The position numbers were made by a program, and so were the translations under genes. Of a stretch of 32,000 nucleotides of DNA, positions 17,655-25,645 are shown in pieces. Under the pieces are notes generated by a model. The model ran no database searches and had not been told where the DNA came from. It worked only from the letters and a program-made list of their open reading frames with translations. The stretch's first letter is position 1. Each line of letters begins with the position of its first letter. Source of the stretch: Methanothermobacter thermautotrophicus str. Delta H (GTDB lineage Archaea; Methanobacteriota; Methanobacteria; Methanobacteriales; Methanothermobacteraceae); NCBI RefSeq assembly GCF_000008645.1, contig NC_000916.1, forward strand, positions 1,650,001-1,682,000, given 5' to 3'.

Positions 17655-18569
17655 TTATTCTGATACCCTGATCATCCTTTCAACAGCCCTCCTGGCCCTC
17701 CTGGCGATTTCATCAGGGACTGTAACAACAAATTCCTCGTTTATCAGGGAATTTTTAACCTTCTCTAGGGTATGGAGTTTCATGTTCTCACATATGGCCT
17801 CTTCAAGGAGGGGTATGGTCTTCTTGTCTGATTCAAGGCTGATGCGGGTCGTCATGTCAACCTCTGTCCCGATTATGAAACTCTCAGCGTCCGATTCAAG
17901 GACCCTGCGGAGCATTCCTCCGGTGCTCAGAATGTGGTCTGCAAGTTCCTGGACCTCGGGGTCACATTCGGGGTGTATGAGGAGCTCAGCTTCAGGATAC
18001 TTCTCCTTTGCAGCCATCACATCGCCGGCCGTGAACATCTTGTGGACGTAGCAGTGCCCCTCCTCTGGGATGGGTATTATGGTTTTGTCTGTATGCTCCT
18101 GGACGTACCATGCCAGGTTCCTGTCGGGTCCAAAGAGAACCAGGTCTTCATCAAGGCTTTCAACAACCCTGACGGCATTTGCTGATGTGCACAGGATATC
18201 AGCCTCGGCCTTCGCCTCTGCGAGGGTGTTAACGTAGAGAACAACGGCGGCATCAGGATACCTCTTCCTAGCCATTCTCACATCCTCTGCACTGAGCATG
18301 TGTGCCATGGGACACTCAGCACCCCTGTCAGGTATCAGGATCTTCTTATCAGGATTCAGTATGTAGGCTGTCTCGGCCATGAAGTCCACTCCACAGAAGA
18401 CGACAATGTCCTTTCCCTCTATCCTTGATGCCTCAATGCAGAGCTCAAGAGAATCCCCTTTAAAATCTGCAATCTCCTGTATCTCTCTGCTCTGGTAATT
18501 GTGTGCGAGTATAATTGCATTTTTTTCCTTCTTTAACCTTAGAATGTCCCTTTGCAGCTGATTTAACAT
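17655..18569 (-). CDS. nadA: Quinolinate synthase
   Basis: ILAHNYQ N-terminal block, Cys ligand contexts (VFCGVDFMAET, ECPMAHM, EGHCYVHKMF), about 300 aa. Confidence 0.9.
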   Translation of the reverse strand: MLNQLQRDILRLKKEKNAIILAHNYQSREIQEIADFKGDSLELCIEASRIEGKDIVVFCGVDFMAETAYILNPDKKILIPDRGAECPMAHMLSAEDVRMARKRYPDAAVVLYVNTLAEAKAEADILCTSANAVRVVESLDEDLVLFGPDRNLAWYVQEHTDKTIIPIPEEGHCYVHKMFTAGDVMAAKEKYPEAELLIHPECDPEVQELADHILSTGGMLRRVLESDAESFIIGTEVDMTTRISLESDKKTIPLLEEAICENMKLHTLEKVKNSLINEEFVVTVPDEIARRARRAVERMIRVSE

Positions 18570-18638
18570 AAGCGTCCCTACTGAGAGTTATCATGAGTAA
18601 AAATTAAGAATCAATGCATTTATTAATAGGATTTAATC

Positions 18639-18652
18639 TTTTATAAAGGTTT
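18639..18652 (-). promoter_or_regulatory. BRE/TATA promoter candidate (minus strand AAACCTTTATAAAA), proximal copy, upstream of nadA
   Basis: Near-consensus box. The predicted TSS is about 18617, giving a leader of about 48 nt for nadA. Confidence 0.45.
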
Positions 18653-18699
18653 CCATGGAGACCTTTGGGTCTAGGTGAGTTTCAGTCGGCATTCCCATG

Positions 18700-18713
18700 T
18701 TTTATAAAGGTTT
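18700..18713 (-). promoter_or_regulatory. Second identical BRE/TATA-like 14-mer (AAACCTTTATAAAA), distal copy
   Basis: Exact 14-bp duplicate 61 bp upstream of the proximal copy, and 22 nt past the stop of the Roadblock-fusion gene. Confidence 0.35.
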
Positions 18714-18734
18714 TTCTTGGTTCTGTGACCGGAA

Positions 18735-19814
18735 TCATTCCTCCCAGATCTTCCTCAGCTCTGGGTGAATTGTCCCGGTTATTCCAAGTTCATCCATGGC
18801 AGCTCTGTAGGCCCTGTGGATCCTGCTGAACTCTGGTCGTATCATCCCCCTGAATGCATCGTACCCCATAACGCGACCATAATTTTCTGTTATGGATGTT
18901 ATTATCCTCTCGAAGTCTTCCTTAATCTTCTCGATGCTGTGACCTGAGCCTTCAATATTCTCTCTCAGCCTTCTGAAGTCGAGGGATGCGCTTCCAAGGA
19001 CTTTCACGTCTCTGAGTGTTTCAGGGCATTCAATGTATGGGAGGGACTTTCTGAGCATCCCACCAGCCGGGGCAACCCCCATTATCTTGCTGGCCCCGAT
19101 TGACATTGCAAGGAGTACGTGCTCGTAGATGGTGAGGGCGGTTTCAATCCGCCCCTCAGGGTCGCCGGGGACCTCAAGGGGCCTCAGTTCAGGTAGTGAG
19201 AGTGGAGGTTTGACCTCAGGTATTCCTGGTGATTCCATGGGTTCACGGTCACCCTCATCAGGCACTGAATCACCTGCAGGGGCCCTGGCGGCCATTCCAG
19301 CTTCATCATCCATGACCTCAGATTCAGTGGAATCTGCAGGAACATCAGATTCTATCAAAAGCGTTTCAGATACATTTGAGTCCTTAACCTCGCTGATTTC
19401 GGACTTTCCTCTAACATCAGTGTATTCTGGTCCTGTAACTGTAGCTTCATCCCTATCAGGGGCAATGGCCGTCTTCAGGGAAGCCAGTTCACTGGCCATA
19501 TCAGGTTCTGATAGCCTCCTCATGGTCTTCCTTGCAAGGAGAATAATCCTCCCGAGATTGGATCTCCTGTCAGCCAGTACAAGTAGCTGGTGGCTGTCGT
19601 TCAGGAGCACCATCTTCCCGCCAGGGAACTCCATCACGGCGGACCTGTATTCCCCCTGCCCTGCCAGGTTTATGAGTTTACCCGAGGCATCAGCCATGAC
19701 CTGGGCCATTGATCCCAGGTCCCTGCTGAATGATCCGGCACCGTAGATGATCCGGCCTGAGCTTTCGGTTATGATAACCCCCTCGACACCATCAATTTCC
19801 AGGATTTCGCCCAC
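18735..19814 (-). CDS. Roadblock/LC7 (MglB-like) domain protein fused to a long acidic linker and an unknown C-terminal domain
   Basis: The N-terminal 100 aa follow the Roadblock pattern (IDGVEGVIITESSGRIIYG...GKMVLLNDSHQLLVLADRRSNLGRI). An acidic/Pro-rich low-complexity stretch of about 110 aa follows, then a globular C-terminus of about 140 aa. GTG start. Confidence 0.6.
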   Translation of the reverse strand: MGEILEIDGVEGVIITESSGRIIYGAGSFSRDLGSMAQVMADASGKLINLAGQGEYRSAVMEFPGGKMVLLNDSHQLLVLADRRSNLGRIILLARKTMRRLSEPDMASELASLKTAIAPDRDEATVTGPEYTDVRGKSEISEVKDSNVSETLLIESDVPADSTESEVMDDEAGMAARAPAGDSVPDEGDREPMESPGIPEVKPPLSLPELRPLEVPGDPEGRIETALTIYEHVLLAMSIGASKIMGVAPAGGMLRKSLPYIECPETLRDVKVLGSASLDFRRLRENIEGSGHSIEKIKEDFERIITSITENYGRVMGYDAFRGMIRPEFSRIHRAYRAAMDELGITGTIHPELRKIWEE

Positions 19815-19844
19815 TATCTCTTCAATTATTCTAAAACCCCCGTT

Positions 19845-20444
19845 TTAGATGTTCTCCTTCTTTAAAAGTTTGCAGTGTGTTATCCACGCAGCCTTCTTCT
19901 GGCCGGGGGGATAACATGTTATGAGCATCAGCCTTGCATCCCCGCTCTGGGAAAACCTCACAGGGTTTGTTCTGTAGTCCCACCTTATATCATCACCATT
20001 GGATGTCACGGTGTATATGTAGCGTATGGAGGATGATGCATCCTCTATGATTACCCTGTCACCCTTCCTCAGCGCTCCGATCTTCCTGAAGGGTCCTGAG
20101 TAGGTTGTCCTGTGTCCGAGGATTCCGCACTCCCCACCAGATCCTGGCATAACGCTTTCAGGATAGTGGTATACTGATTCATAGGCATTTACGGTGTCCT
20201 CCCTTATCCAGCACTTCACCCCTATACTGGGTATGATGAGCCTTCCAATGACAGGGCCACTGGAGCCGGCGCTGCTGCTGGGTACAGGGTCAAATAGCTC
20301 CCTGGGAGCATTCCTGTAATTCTCAAGGTGAGCCCTTGATCTTTCAAGGGCCTTGTAGTCCTCGAATCCCTTTATTATGATACCTGAACTTAGCATGATG
20401 AAAAAAAGGCATATTAGGGGTGCGTAGAGTCCTGTTTTCTTCAT
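19845..20444 (-). CDS. Sortase-family transpeptidase homologue with N-terminal membrane anchor
   Basis: TM anchor MKKTGLYAPLICLFFIMLSSGIIIKGF, His motif GILGHRT and Cys motif ARLMLITCYP (TLxTC-like). By eye, IAGHTF...KKGSMVYF...LTLITC of S. aureus SrtA aligns to ILGHRT...RKGDRVII...LMLITC. Confidence 0.7.
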   Translation of the reverse strand: MKKTGLYAPLICLFFIMLSSGIIIKGFEDYKALERSRAHLENYRNAPRELFDPVPSSSAGSSGPVIGRLIIPSIGVKCWIREDTVNAYESVYHYPESVMPGSGGECGILGHRTTYSGPFRKIGALRKGDRVIIEDASSSIRYIYTVTSNGDDIRWDYRTNPVRFSQSGDARLMLITCYPPGQKKAAWITHCKLLKKENI

Positions 20445-21191
20445 TTATGACCCTTCTCTGTATTTCCTCAGGATTTTTTTCACATGGCCGGCAATGACGG
20501 ACCTGTATTTTGTCACCCTGTCAGGGTCAGGAATCCAGGCAGTTACCTTGGCGCTGATGCCTGTATCAGTGAATTCCAGTATGATCAGTCCGGGTTCAGG
20601 GTCCTTCAGTATCCCGGGAACCCTCATGAGGACGTCCTTCACATCGGATTCAAATTTCTCCAGGTCCATGTCATAGTCAAGGTTGACCCTCAGTTCAACC
20701 CTCCTCCGGTCTTCAGCAGTGTAATTTACGTAGGCTGTTTTTGAGAAGGTGGAGTTTGGAACCGTCACCATTCCGGCCTCTGGAGTTTCTATCGTCGTTG
20801 TTCTGAATCCAACCTTCCTGACCCTGCCCCGCTGGCCGGCAACTTCGATGGTGTCACCCACCCGGAAACTTTTATCTGCAAGGATGAACATCCCGGATAT
20901 GAAGTTGGATATGATGTCCCTTGATGCAAAACCCACTGAAACACCTGCTATTCCCAGGCTAACGGTTATTGCAGTTATGTCAATGCCGAGTTCCCTGAGG
21001 ACTATGCTTGCTGCGATGAAATAAACACTGTACTTTATTATGTCATTGATGACCTGTATGAGTGTGAGGTCCAGTTCCCATTTTCTGGCGGATTTCCTCA
21101 GGAAGTAGGACGTCCACTTAACAAGGAGGACGGCTACCATCACAGTTACAATTATTATTAGAATGGTCTCAACTGTCAGGAGAGGAGTCAT
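20445..21191 (-). CDS. Small-conductance mechanosensitive channel (MscS family)
   Basis: Three N-terminal TMs, then FRVGDTIEVAGQRGRVRKVGFRTTTIETPEAGMVTVPNSTF. The stop directly abuts the sortase start. Confidence 0.85.
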   Translation of the reverse strand: MTPLLTVETILIIIVTVMVAVLLVKWTSYFLRKSARKWELDLTLIQVINDIIKYSVYFIAASIVLRELGIDITAITVSLGIAGVSVGFASRDIISNFISGMFILADKSFRVGDTIEVAGQRGRVRKVGFRTTTIETPEAGMVTVPNSTFSKTAYVNYTAEDRRRVELRVNLDYDMDLEKFESDVKDVLMRVPGILKDPEPGLIILEFTDTGISAKVTAWIPDPDRVTKYRSVIAGHVKKILRKYREGS

Positions 21192-22092
21192 AAGCCTTCA
21201 CCTCCACTGTCATAAGGTCATCAGCAACATCAGTCACTGGGAATACCTGGCGGGCAGCTTCCAGAATAACCTCGGTGCGCTTGTACCGTGTGCTGAGGTG
21301 TGTGAGGATCAGTCTCTTCACCCCTGCGGATCTGGCAACCTCTGCAGCTTCCCTGGCGGTGGAGTGCCCGCTTTCAGCGGCCTTGTCCTCACTACCCGCC
21401 TCCAGTGTTGATTCGTGTATAAGGAGTTCCGCACCCTCTGCCAGTTTTATAACAGATTCACAGGGGCGGGTGTCCCCTGAGTAACATACCTTCACACCCT
21501 TCCTGGGGCTTCCAAGAACCTCCTCAGGCATTATGATTCTGTCACCGACCCTTACAGGTATGCCTCTGTGCAGTTTCCCGAAGGCCGGGCCCGGCTTGAG
21601 CCCCAGTGCAATGGCCTTTTCTCTGAGGAACCGGGGCCTCTTCTTCTCCTCGAAGCAGTATGCGAGGTTGAATACTGAGTGGGAGGCAGGGGCTGAGGTG
21701 ACACGGTAGTCATCCTCTTCAACAACTGTGCCGCCCCTCACCTCATGGACGTTGATATCGAAGTCGAGGGTGAAGTAGCCCATCTTCATTATGCACTCAT
21801 GCAGCTCATGGATCCCTGGGGGGCCATAGATATCCAGTGGTTCTTCACGACCCCTGAAACCCATGGACTGTATCATCCCGGGTATTCCGAGTATGTGGTC
21901 CCCGTGGAGGTGTGTTATGAATATCCTTGTAACCTTCATGGGACTGATCCCTGCAAGGGCCATCTGCCTCTGGGTTCCCTCACCGCAGTCAAAGAGAAAT
22001 ATTTCACCGGGTATGCGGAGGGCTATGGAGGTGTGGTTCCTGTTTTTCGATGGGACCGCTGATGATGTGCCAAGGAATGTCACTTCCATCAT
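21169..22092 (-). CDS. rnz: Ribonuclease Z (tRNA 3' endonuclease, metallo-beta-lactamase fold)
   Basis: ITHLHGDH motif, N-terminal FLGTSSAVPS, C-terminal LILTHLS. It overlaps the MscS start by 23 nt. Confidence 0.9.
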   Translation of the reverse strand: MMEVTFLGTSSAVPSKNRNHTSIALRIPGEIFLFDCGEGTQRQMALAGISPMKVTRIFITHLHGDHILGIPGMIQSMGFRGREEPLDIYGPPGIHELHECIMKMGYFTLDFDINVHEVRGGTVVEEDDYRVTSAPASHSVFNLAYCFEEKKRPRFLREKAIALGLKPGPAFGKLHRGIPVRVGDRIIMPEEVLGSPRKGVKVCYSGDTRPCESVIKLAEGAELLIHESTLEAGSEDKAAESGHSTAREAAEVARSAGVKRLILTHLSTRYKRTEVILEAARQVFPVTDVADDLMTVEVKAYDSSPDS

Positions 22093-22160
22093 ATCACTCT
22101 TTCATAAATGCTCTTCTTTTGCAGATCTCCCTTCTGGACATAAGATTTATAATTCTTCCA

Positions 22161-22168
22161 TTTATATT
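22161..22168 (+). promoter_or_regulatory. TATA box candidate (TTTATATT) upstream of nadC
   Basis: It is centred about 21-24 nt before ATG 22185/22188, so the transcript is possibly leaderless or has a very short leader. The spacer is shared divergently with rnz. Confidence 0.35.
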
Positions 22169-22184
22169 AATTTAGGGGATCTTT

Positions 22185-23024
22185 ATGATGGATATTATCA
22201 GGGAGATGATCAGGGCCGATGTGGGATTTGAGGATATAACAACCGAGGCACTCATTGACAGGGGAACCAGGGTTGTGGCGGATATCGTTTCCAGGGAAGA
22301 GGGAGTTGTTGCAGGTGTTGAGGTTGCCGAGATGATGGCCCGGGAGTTCTCCATATCCATCATCAGATGGAAGGATGATGGTGACCCCTTAAGCGGCGGT
22401 GAACGGGTCTTAACCCTTGAGGGGGATGCCATGGATATCCTTATGGTTGAGAGGACCATGCTGAACCTCATGATGAAGATGAGCGGTATAGCAACCCTGA
22501 CAAGGAGCATGCTTCAGAGGGCGAGGGCGGTAAATGAGGGCATAAGGATAGCGGCCACAAGGAAAACCACTCCAGGTCTTCAGTGGTTTGAGAAACAGGC
22601 TGTTAGGATCGGTGGTGGCGACACCCACCGCTTCAGGCTTGATGACTGTGCAATGATCAAGGACAATCACATCGCCATTGTGGGCAACATTGAGGATGCG
22701 GTGAGGCGTGTGAGGGATCATGTGAGTTTCACAAAGAAGGTTGAGGTTGAGGTTGAGAGTCCTGATGATGCAGTCCGGGCGGCTGAGGCCGGAGCTGATA
22801 TAGTACTCCTTGATAACATGTCACCTGAGACAATCCGAAATACCCTGGAGGAACTTGAAAGGCGCGGGCTCCGGGATAATGTCATAGTGGAGGCATCAGG
22901 GGGCATCAAACCGGATAATATTGAACTTTATGCTTCTACCGGCGTTGAAGTGATATCCATGGGTTTCATAACAGCTTCAGCTCATCCAGTTGACCTCAGC
23001 CTTGAAATAAGGGGACTAAAATGA
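22185..23024 (+). CDS. nadC: Nicotinate-nucleotide diphosphorylase (carboxylating)
   Basis: AATRKTTPGL, GGGDTHRFRLDD and VEVEVES..LLDNM blocks typical of NadC. Confidence 0.9.
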   Translation: MMDIIREMIRADVGFEDITTEALIDRGTRVVADIVSREEGVVAGVEVAEMMAREFSISIIRWKDDGDPLSGGERVLTLEGDAMDILMVERTMLNLMMKMSGIATLTRSMLQRARAVNEGIRIAATRKTTPGLQWFEKQAVRIGGGDTHRFRLDDCAMIKDNHIAIVGNIEDAVRRVRDHVSFTKKVEVEVESPDDAVRAAEAGADIVLLDNMSPETIRNTLEELERRGLRDNVIVEASGGIKPDNIELYASTGVEVISMGFITASAHPVDLSLEIRGLK

Positions 23025-23119
23025 GTTTTAATTCTGGTGATTGGAACCCTCAATCTACTTAATGGGATACCTTCCACTTAACATTATAATTGATGGTTTC
23101 TTCAATTATATGGAATACA

Positions 23120-23127
23120 TTTATATA
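23120..23127 (+). promoter_or_regulatory. Consensus TATA box (TTTATATA)
   Basis: It is centred 26 nt upstream of ATG 23149. See the finding on alternative starts. Confidence 0.5.
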
Positions 23128-23148
23128 CCTTGACATAGATATAGTCCC

Positions 23149-23556
23149 ATGGAGGTTGAAATTATGGAAAATGAAGAGTTTCAGAATAATAATGCTGATG
23201 TCACTGAAACTGAAGAGGAAACTGAAGAATTACCCTTTGCAAAGGCAGAGGTTGTCAGACTGATGAAACAGCACCTTGACAGTGATAAGATGATACGTGA
23301 GAGAGTCAAGGTTGAGATGAACAAGTTCCTCGGTGAGATCCTTGAAAAGGTCTGCACCCAGCTGAACCAGTACCCCTATGCAACAGTGGAATATGAAATG
23401 CTTAAGGAGTGCATATATCCCTACAAGAACATTGAAAGGATCAACCAGGAGAAGGAACGCCTCCTGGCCCACCTTGAGGCAATAAAGGCGGACTGTGATT
23501 CCATGGCCATGGATATCCAGCGCACACTTAAACTCAGGGACGTGGATGAGGATTAA
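23149..23556 (+). CDS. Hypothetical acidic protein, possible histone-fold-like helix-strand-helix core
   Basis: [16 protein letters not shown]....[21 protein letters not shown] resembles the NFYB/archaeal histone-fold pattern, but this is weak. The true start may be ATG 23164, which is preceded by GGAGG at 23151-23155. Confidence 0.4.
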   Translation: MEVEIMENEEFQNNNADVTETEEETEELPFAKAEVVRLMKQHLDSDKMIRERVKVEMNKFLGEILEKVCTQLNQYPYATVEYEMLKECIYPYKNIERINQEKERLLAHLEAIKADCDSMAMDIQRTLKLRDVDED

Positions 23557-23564
23557 TCCTCATC
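23545..23564. repeat. 20-bp perfect palindrome GATGAGGATTAATCCTCATC spanning two overlapping convergent stop codons
   Basis: Verified base by base. Both convergent genes end ...D-E-D-stop and share the central TTAA. Confidence 0.9.
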
Positions 23565-24143
23565 ATCATTCCCTTCTGATTCAAAAACAAGGAATCCCGT
23601 TTTCAGAGACCTTATTTCATCCTCTGAAAGTTTTTCCTTCAGGGCCCGGGGGTGACCCACAAAGCTCTGGCCGAAGGGGTCCTCTATTATCACTGTAACT
23701 TTTCTGACACCTTCACGAACTTCATGGAGCATTTCCAGAATCTTTGAGGCCTTTTTCTTTGATTCATCATCCTCAAACAGGTTCAGGGCGGTTTTAAGCG
23801 CGGCTTCAAATCTTTCAACAACGCCCTCTATGTTGGAGATGTAACCCGCTGACCTGGGACCTGGCTCGACCTTGAGTCCAAGTTCAGGTATCCTTATGGT
23901 TGCTGATTGTGACTTAACGACCCTTGCGTTGAGTGTATCCGCCCCTGCCTCGATGATGTACCTTGAGGGTTCCTTCTGTTCGAGGCATATGATGTCGGTG
24001 CTCCTGTAGTTGCACCTTTCACAGATTAGTACTGACTCCATTATCTCTCCAAAGTAGGGAATCTTTTCAACCCTTGTTACTGCAGTCATGCACCGTTCTC
24101 CACCGCAGACCGGACAGTCAATTTTCATATCCTGCTGATTCAC
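23553..24143 (-). CDS. ZPR1-type zinc-finger protein
   Basis: CPVCGG...CERCNY zinc ribbon, followed by a ZPR1-like beta domain ([15 protein letters not shown]). Confidence 0.75.
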   Translation of the reverse strand: MNQQDMKIDCPVCGGERCMTAVTRVEKIPYFGEIMESVLICERCNYRSTDIICLEQKEPSRYIIEAGADTLNARVVKSQSATIRIPELGLKVEPGPRSAGYISNIEGVVERFEAALKTALNLFEDDESKKKASKILEMLHEVREGVRKVTVIIEDPFGQSFVGHPRALKEKLSEDEIRSLKTGFLVFESEGNDDED

Positions 24144-24175
24144 ACTGTCACCCCTTGATGTTACTGGATTTACTT

Positions 24176-25141
24176 TCAGTCCCCATCCTCATCATGGTAG
24201 ACCAGTCCACTCTCTTCCAGTTCCCTGAGTATTTCCTGAAGAGTTTCGGGATCTGGAGCACATATTCTGTGGCTGTGAACATTATTCGAGAGTGTGTAGA
24301 GCCTTTCAAGATCTCTTTTCCTCTTGGGACTCTCATTTAATCTTTTAACAAATCTTTCAGCTTCAGCTGGATCATATACGTTCACTTCACGTTTGAGGGG
24401 CTGCGAGAACCCGGGTATCGGGTAGGAGACATCAACAATCCTGCCACCATGTCTCTTTATTATTATGTCAATCACATCACCCAGCCGTTCAACCGGGTGC
24501 TGGAGGGTCACCTCGGTGCAGTTCTCCCTTATGAAGGAGAGCATCCTCCTGATTGTACAGTTTATATCATCATTGTTGATAACCGGGACACCATGTTCCC
24601 TTGCATTCCTGACAAGGTAATCATGGATTACGCGGTTCTCCCGGAAGTATTCAAGGTGTTTACCACCTCTCTTAATCTCCATGGCCCTCTTGACGAAGCG
24701 TTCCTTATGAACATTCTCCTCGGCCGCCAGAACAAAAAAATGAATTGAAGCGTTTTCGCTGAACTTTTCCGTGTTTATGAGTCCGGGGAGGAGGTGGACG
24801 CCCTCTATAACAACGTCATCAGAATCTGTAACAGCCCTTTCTATGACCTTCTCAATGGCGGGAATTACGAAAGAGGCATGGTCCTCAAAGCCAGCGCATA
24901 TCAGTGACTCAATACTATTTCCCTGAAAGAGCTCCTTGTCCCTGAGTGCTGTGTAGGCATCAAAGGATGATCTGTGAAGTGTAGGCGCATAATCTGGCCC
25001 GATGATACCCCTGACTATCTCCCTTATAAAATCTGTTTCTATGAGGTGCTTTATGCTCAGTTCCCTTGCAAGTTCAGATGCCACCGTGGACTTCCCTATA
25101 CCTGAGGCACTTCCAATGAGTATAACGTAGGGCTTTCTCAA
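24176..25141 (-). CDS. P-loop kinase of the 2-phosphoglycerate kinase family (COG2074-like) with extra C-terminal domain
   Basis: [39 protein letters not shown] matches my recollection of the 2PGK family. About 110 aa of additional C-terminal sequence follow. Confidence 0.6.
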   Translation of the reverse strand: MRKPYVILIGSASGIGKSTVASELARELSIKHLIETDFIREIVRGIIGPDYAPTLHRSSFDAYTALRDKELFQGNSIESLICAGFEDHASFVIPAIEKVIERAVTDSDDVVIEGVHLLPGLINTEKFSENASIHFFVLAAEENVHKERFVKRAMEIKRGGKHLEYFRENRVIHDYLVRNAREHGVPVINNDDINCTIRRMLSFIRENCTEVTLQHPVERLGDVIDIIIKRHGGRIVDVSYPIPGFSQPLKREVNVYDPAEAERFVKRLNESPKRKRDLERLYTLSNNVHSHRICAPDPETLQEILRELEESGLVYHDEDGD

Positions 25142-25169
25142 TTTATACTCCCCAAAACTAAAATAAAAA

Positions 25170-25517
25170 TTATGTCAGGAGGTCCTTCACGCGTTCAGCG
25201 CTTCTCCTCATCTCTATACGTATAAGTCCCAGATTTATATCAACATCAGTTATGAGTACAAGTATTCCCTCCCCTGCATCTATCATGAGAGTTTTACCCC
25301 TGGTACCCTCAATCATGACCTGTTCAAGGGGCTCGTGCTTTATCTCCTCAGCTGACCTCTCGGCGGTACCGAACACTGCTGAAGCCATTGCAGCAACCAG
25401 TTCCCCATCGATATCAGATGGCACCTCACTCTCAATTACCAGACCATCCTTACCAACAACAAGGGAACCGTTTACCCCATTGATCCTACCTAAATCTTTA
25501 AGTATTCTTGCTATCAT
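25170..25517 (-). CDS. Roadblock/LC7 (MglB-like) domain protein
   Basis: 115 aa. [19 protein letters not shown]...[27 protein letters not shown] is the canonical Roadblock pattern. SD GGAGG lies 6 nt before the ATG. Confidence 0.8.
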   Translation of the reverse strand: MIARILKDLGRINGVNGSLVVGKDGLVIESEVPSDIDGELVAAMASAVFGTAERSAEEIKHEPLEQVMIEGTRGKTLMIDAGEGILVLITDVDINLGLIRIEMRRSAERVKDLLT

Positions 25518-25645
25518 ACTATGCCTCCATAAACAGAGTATTCCACCTAAAATATATAGGCTTTAAGCATTTATTAATTAAATGGGTATGACTAACTAAT
25601 TAACAGTTTCTATTTGATTCCAGCAAGTATTAAAGGAGTGATTAT

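Noticed and set aside
19129-19746. 205-aa plus-strand ORF antisense to the Roadblock-fusion gene
   Set aside because: The Ser-rich sequence is the mirror image of the acidic GAx-codon linker on the coding strand. It has no start context and is a shadow ORF.
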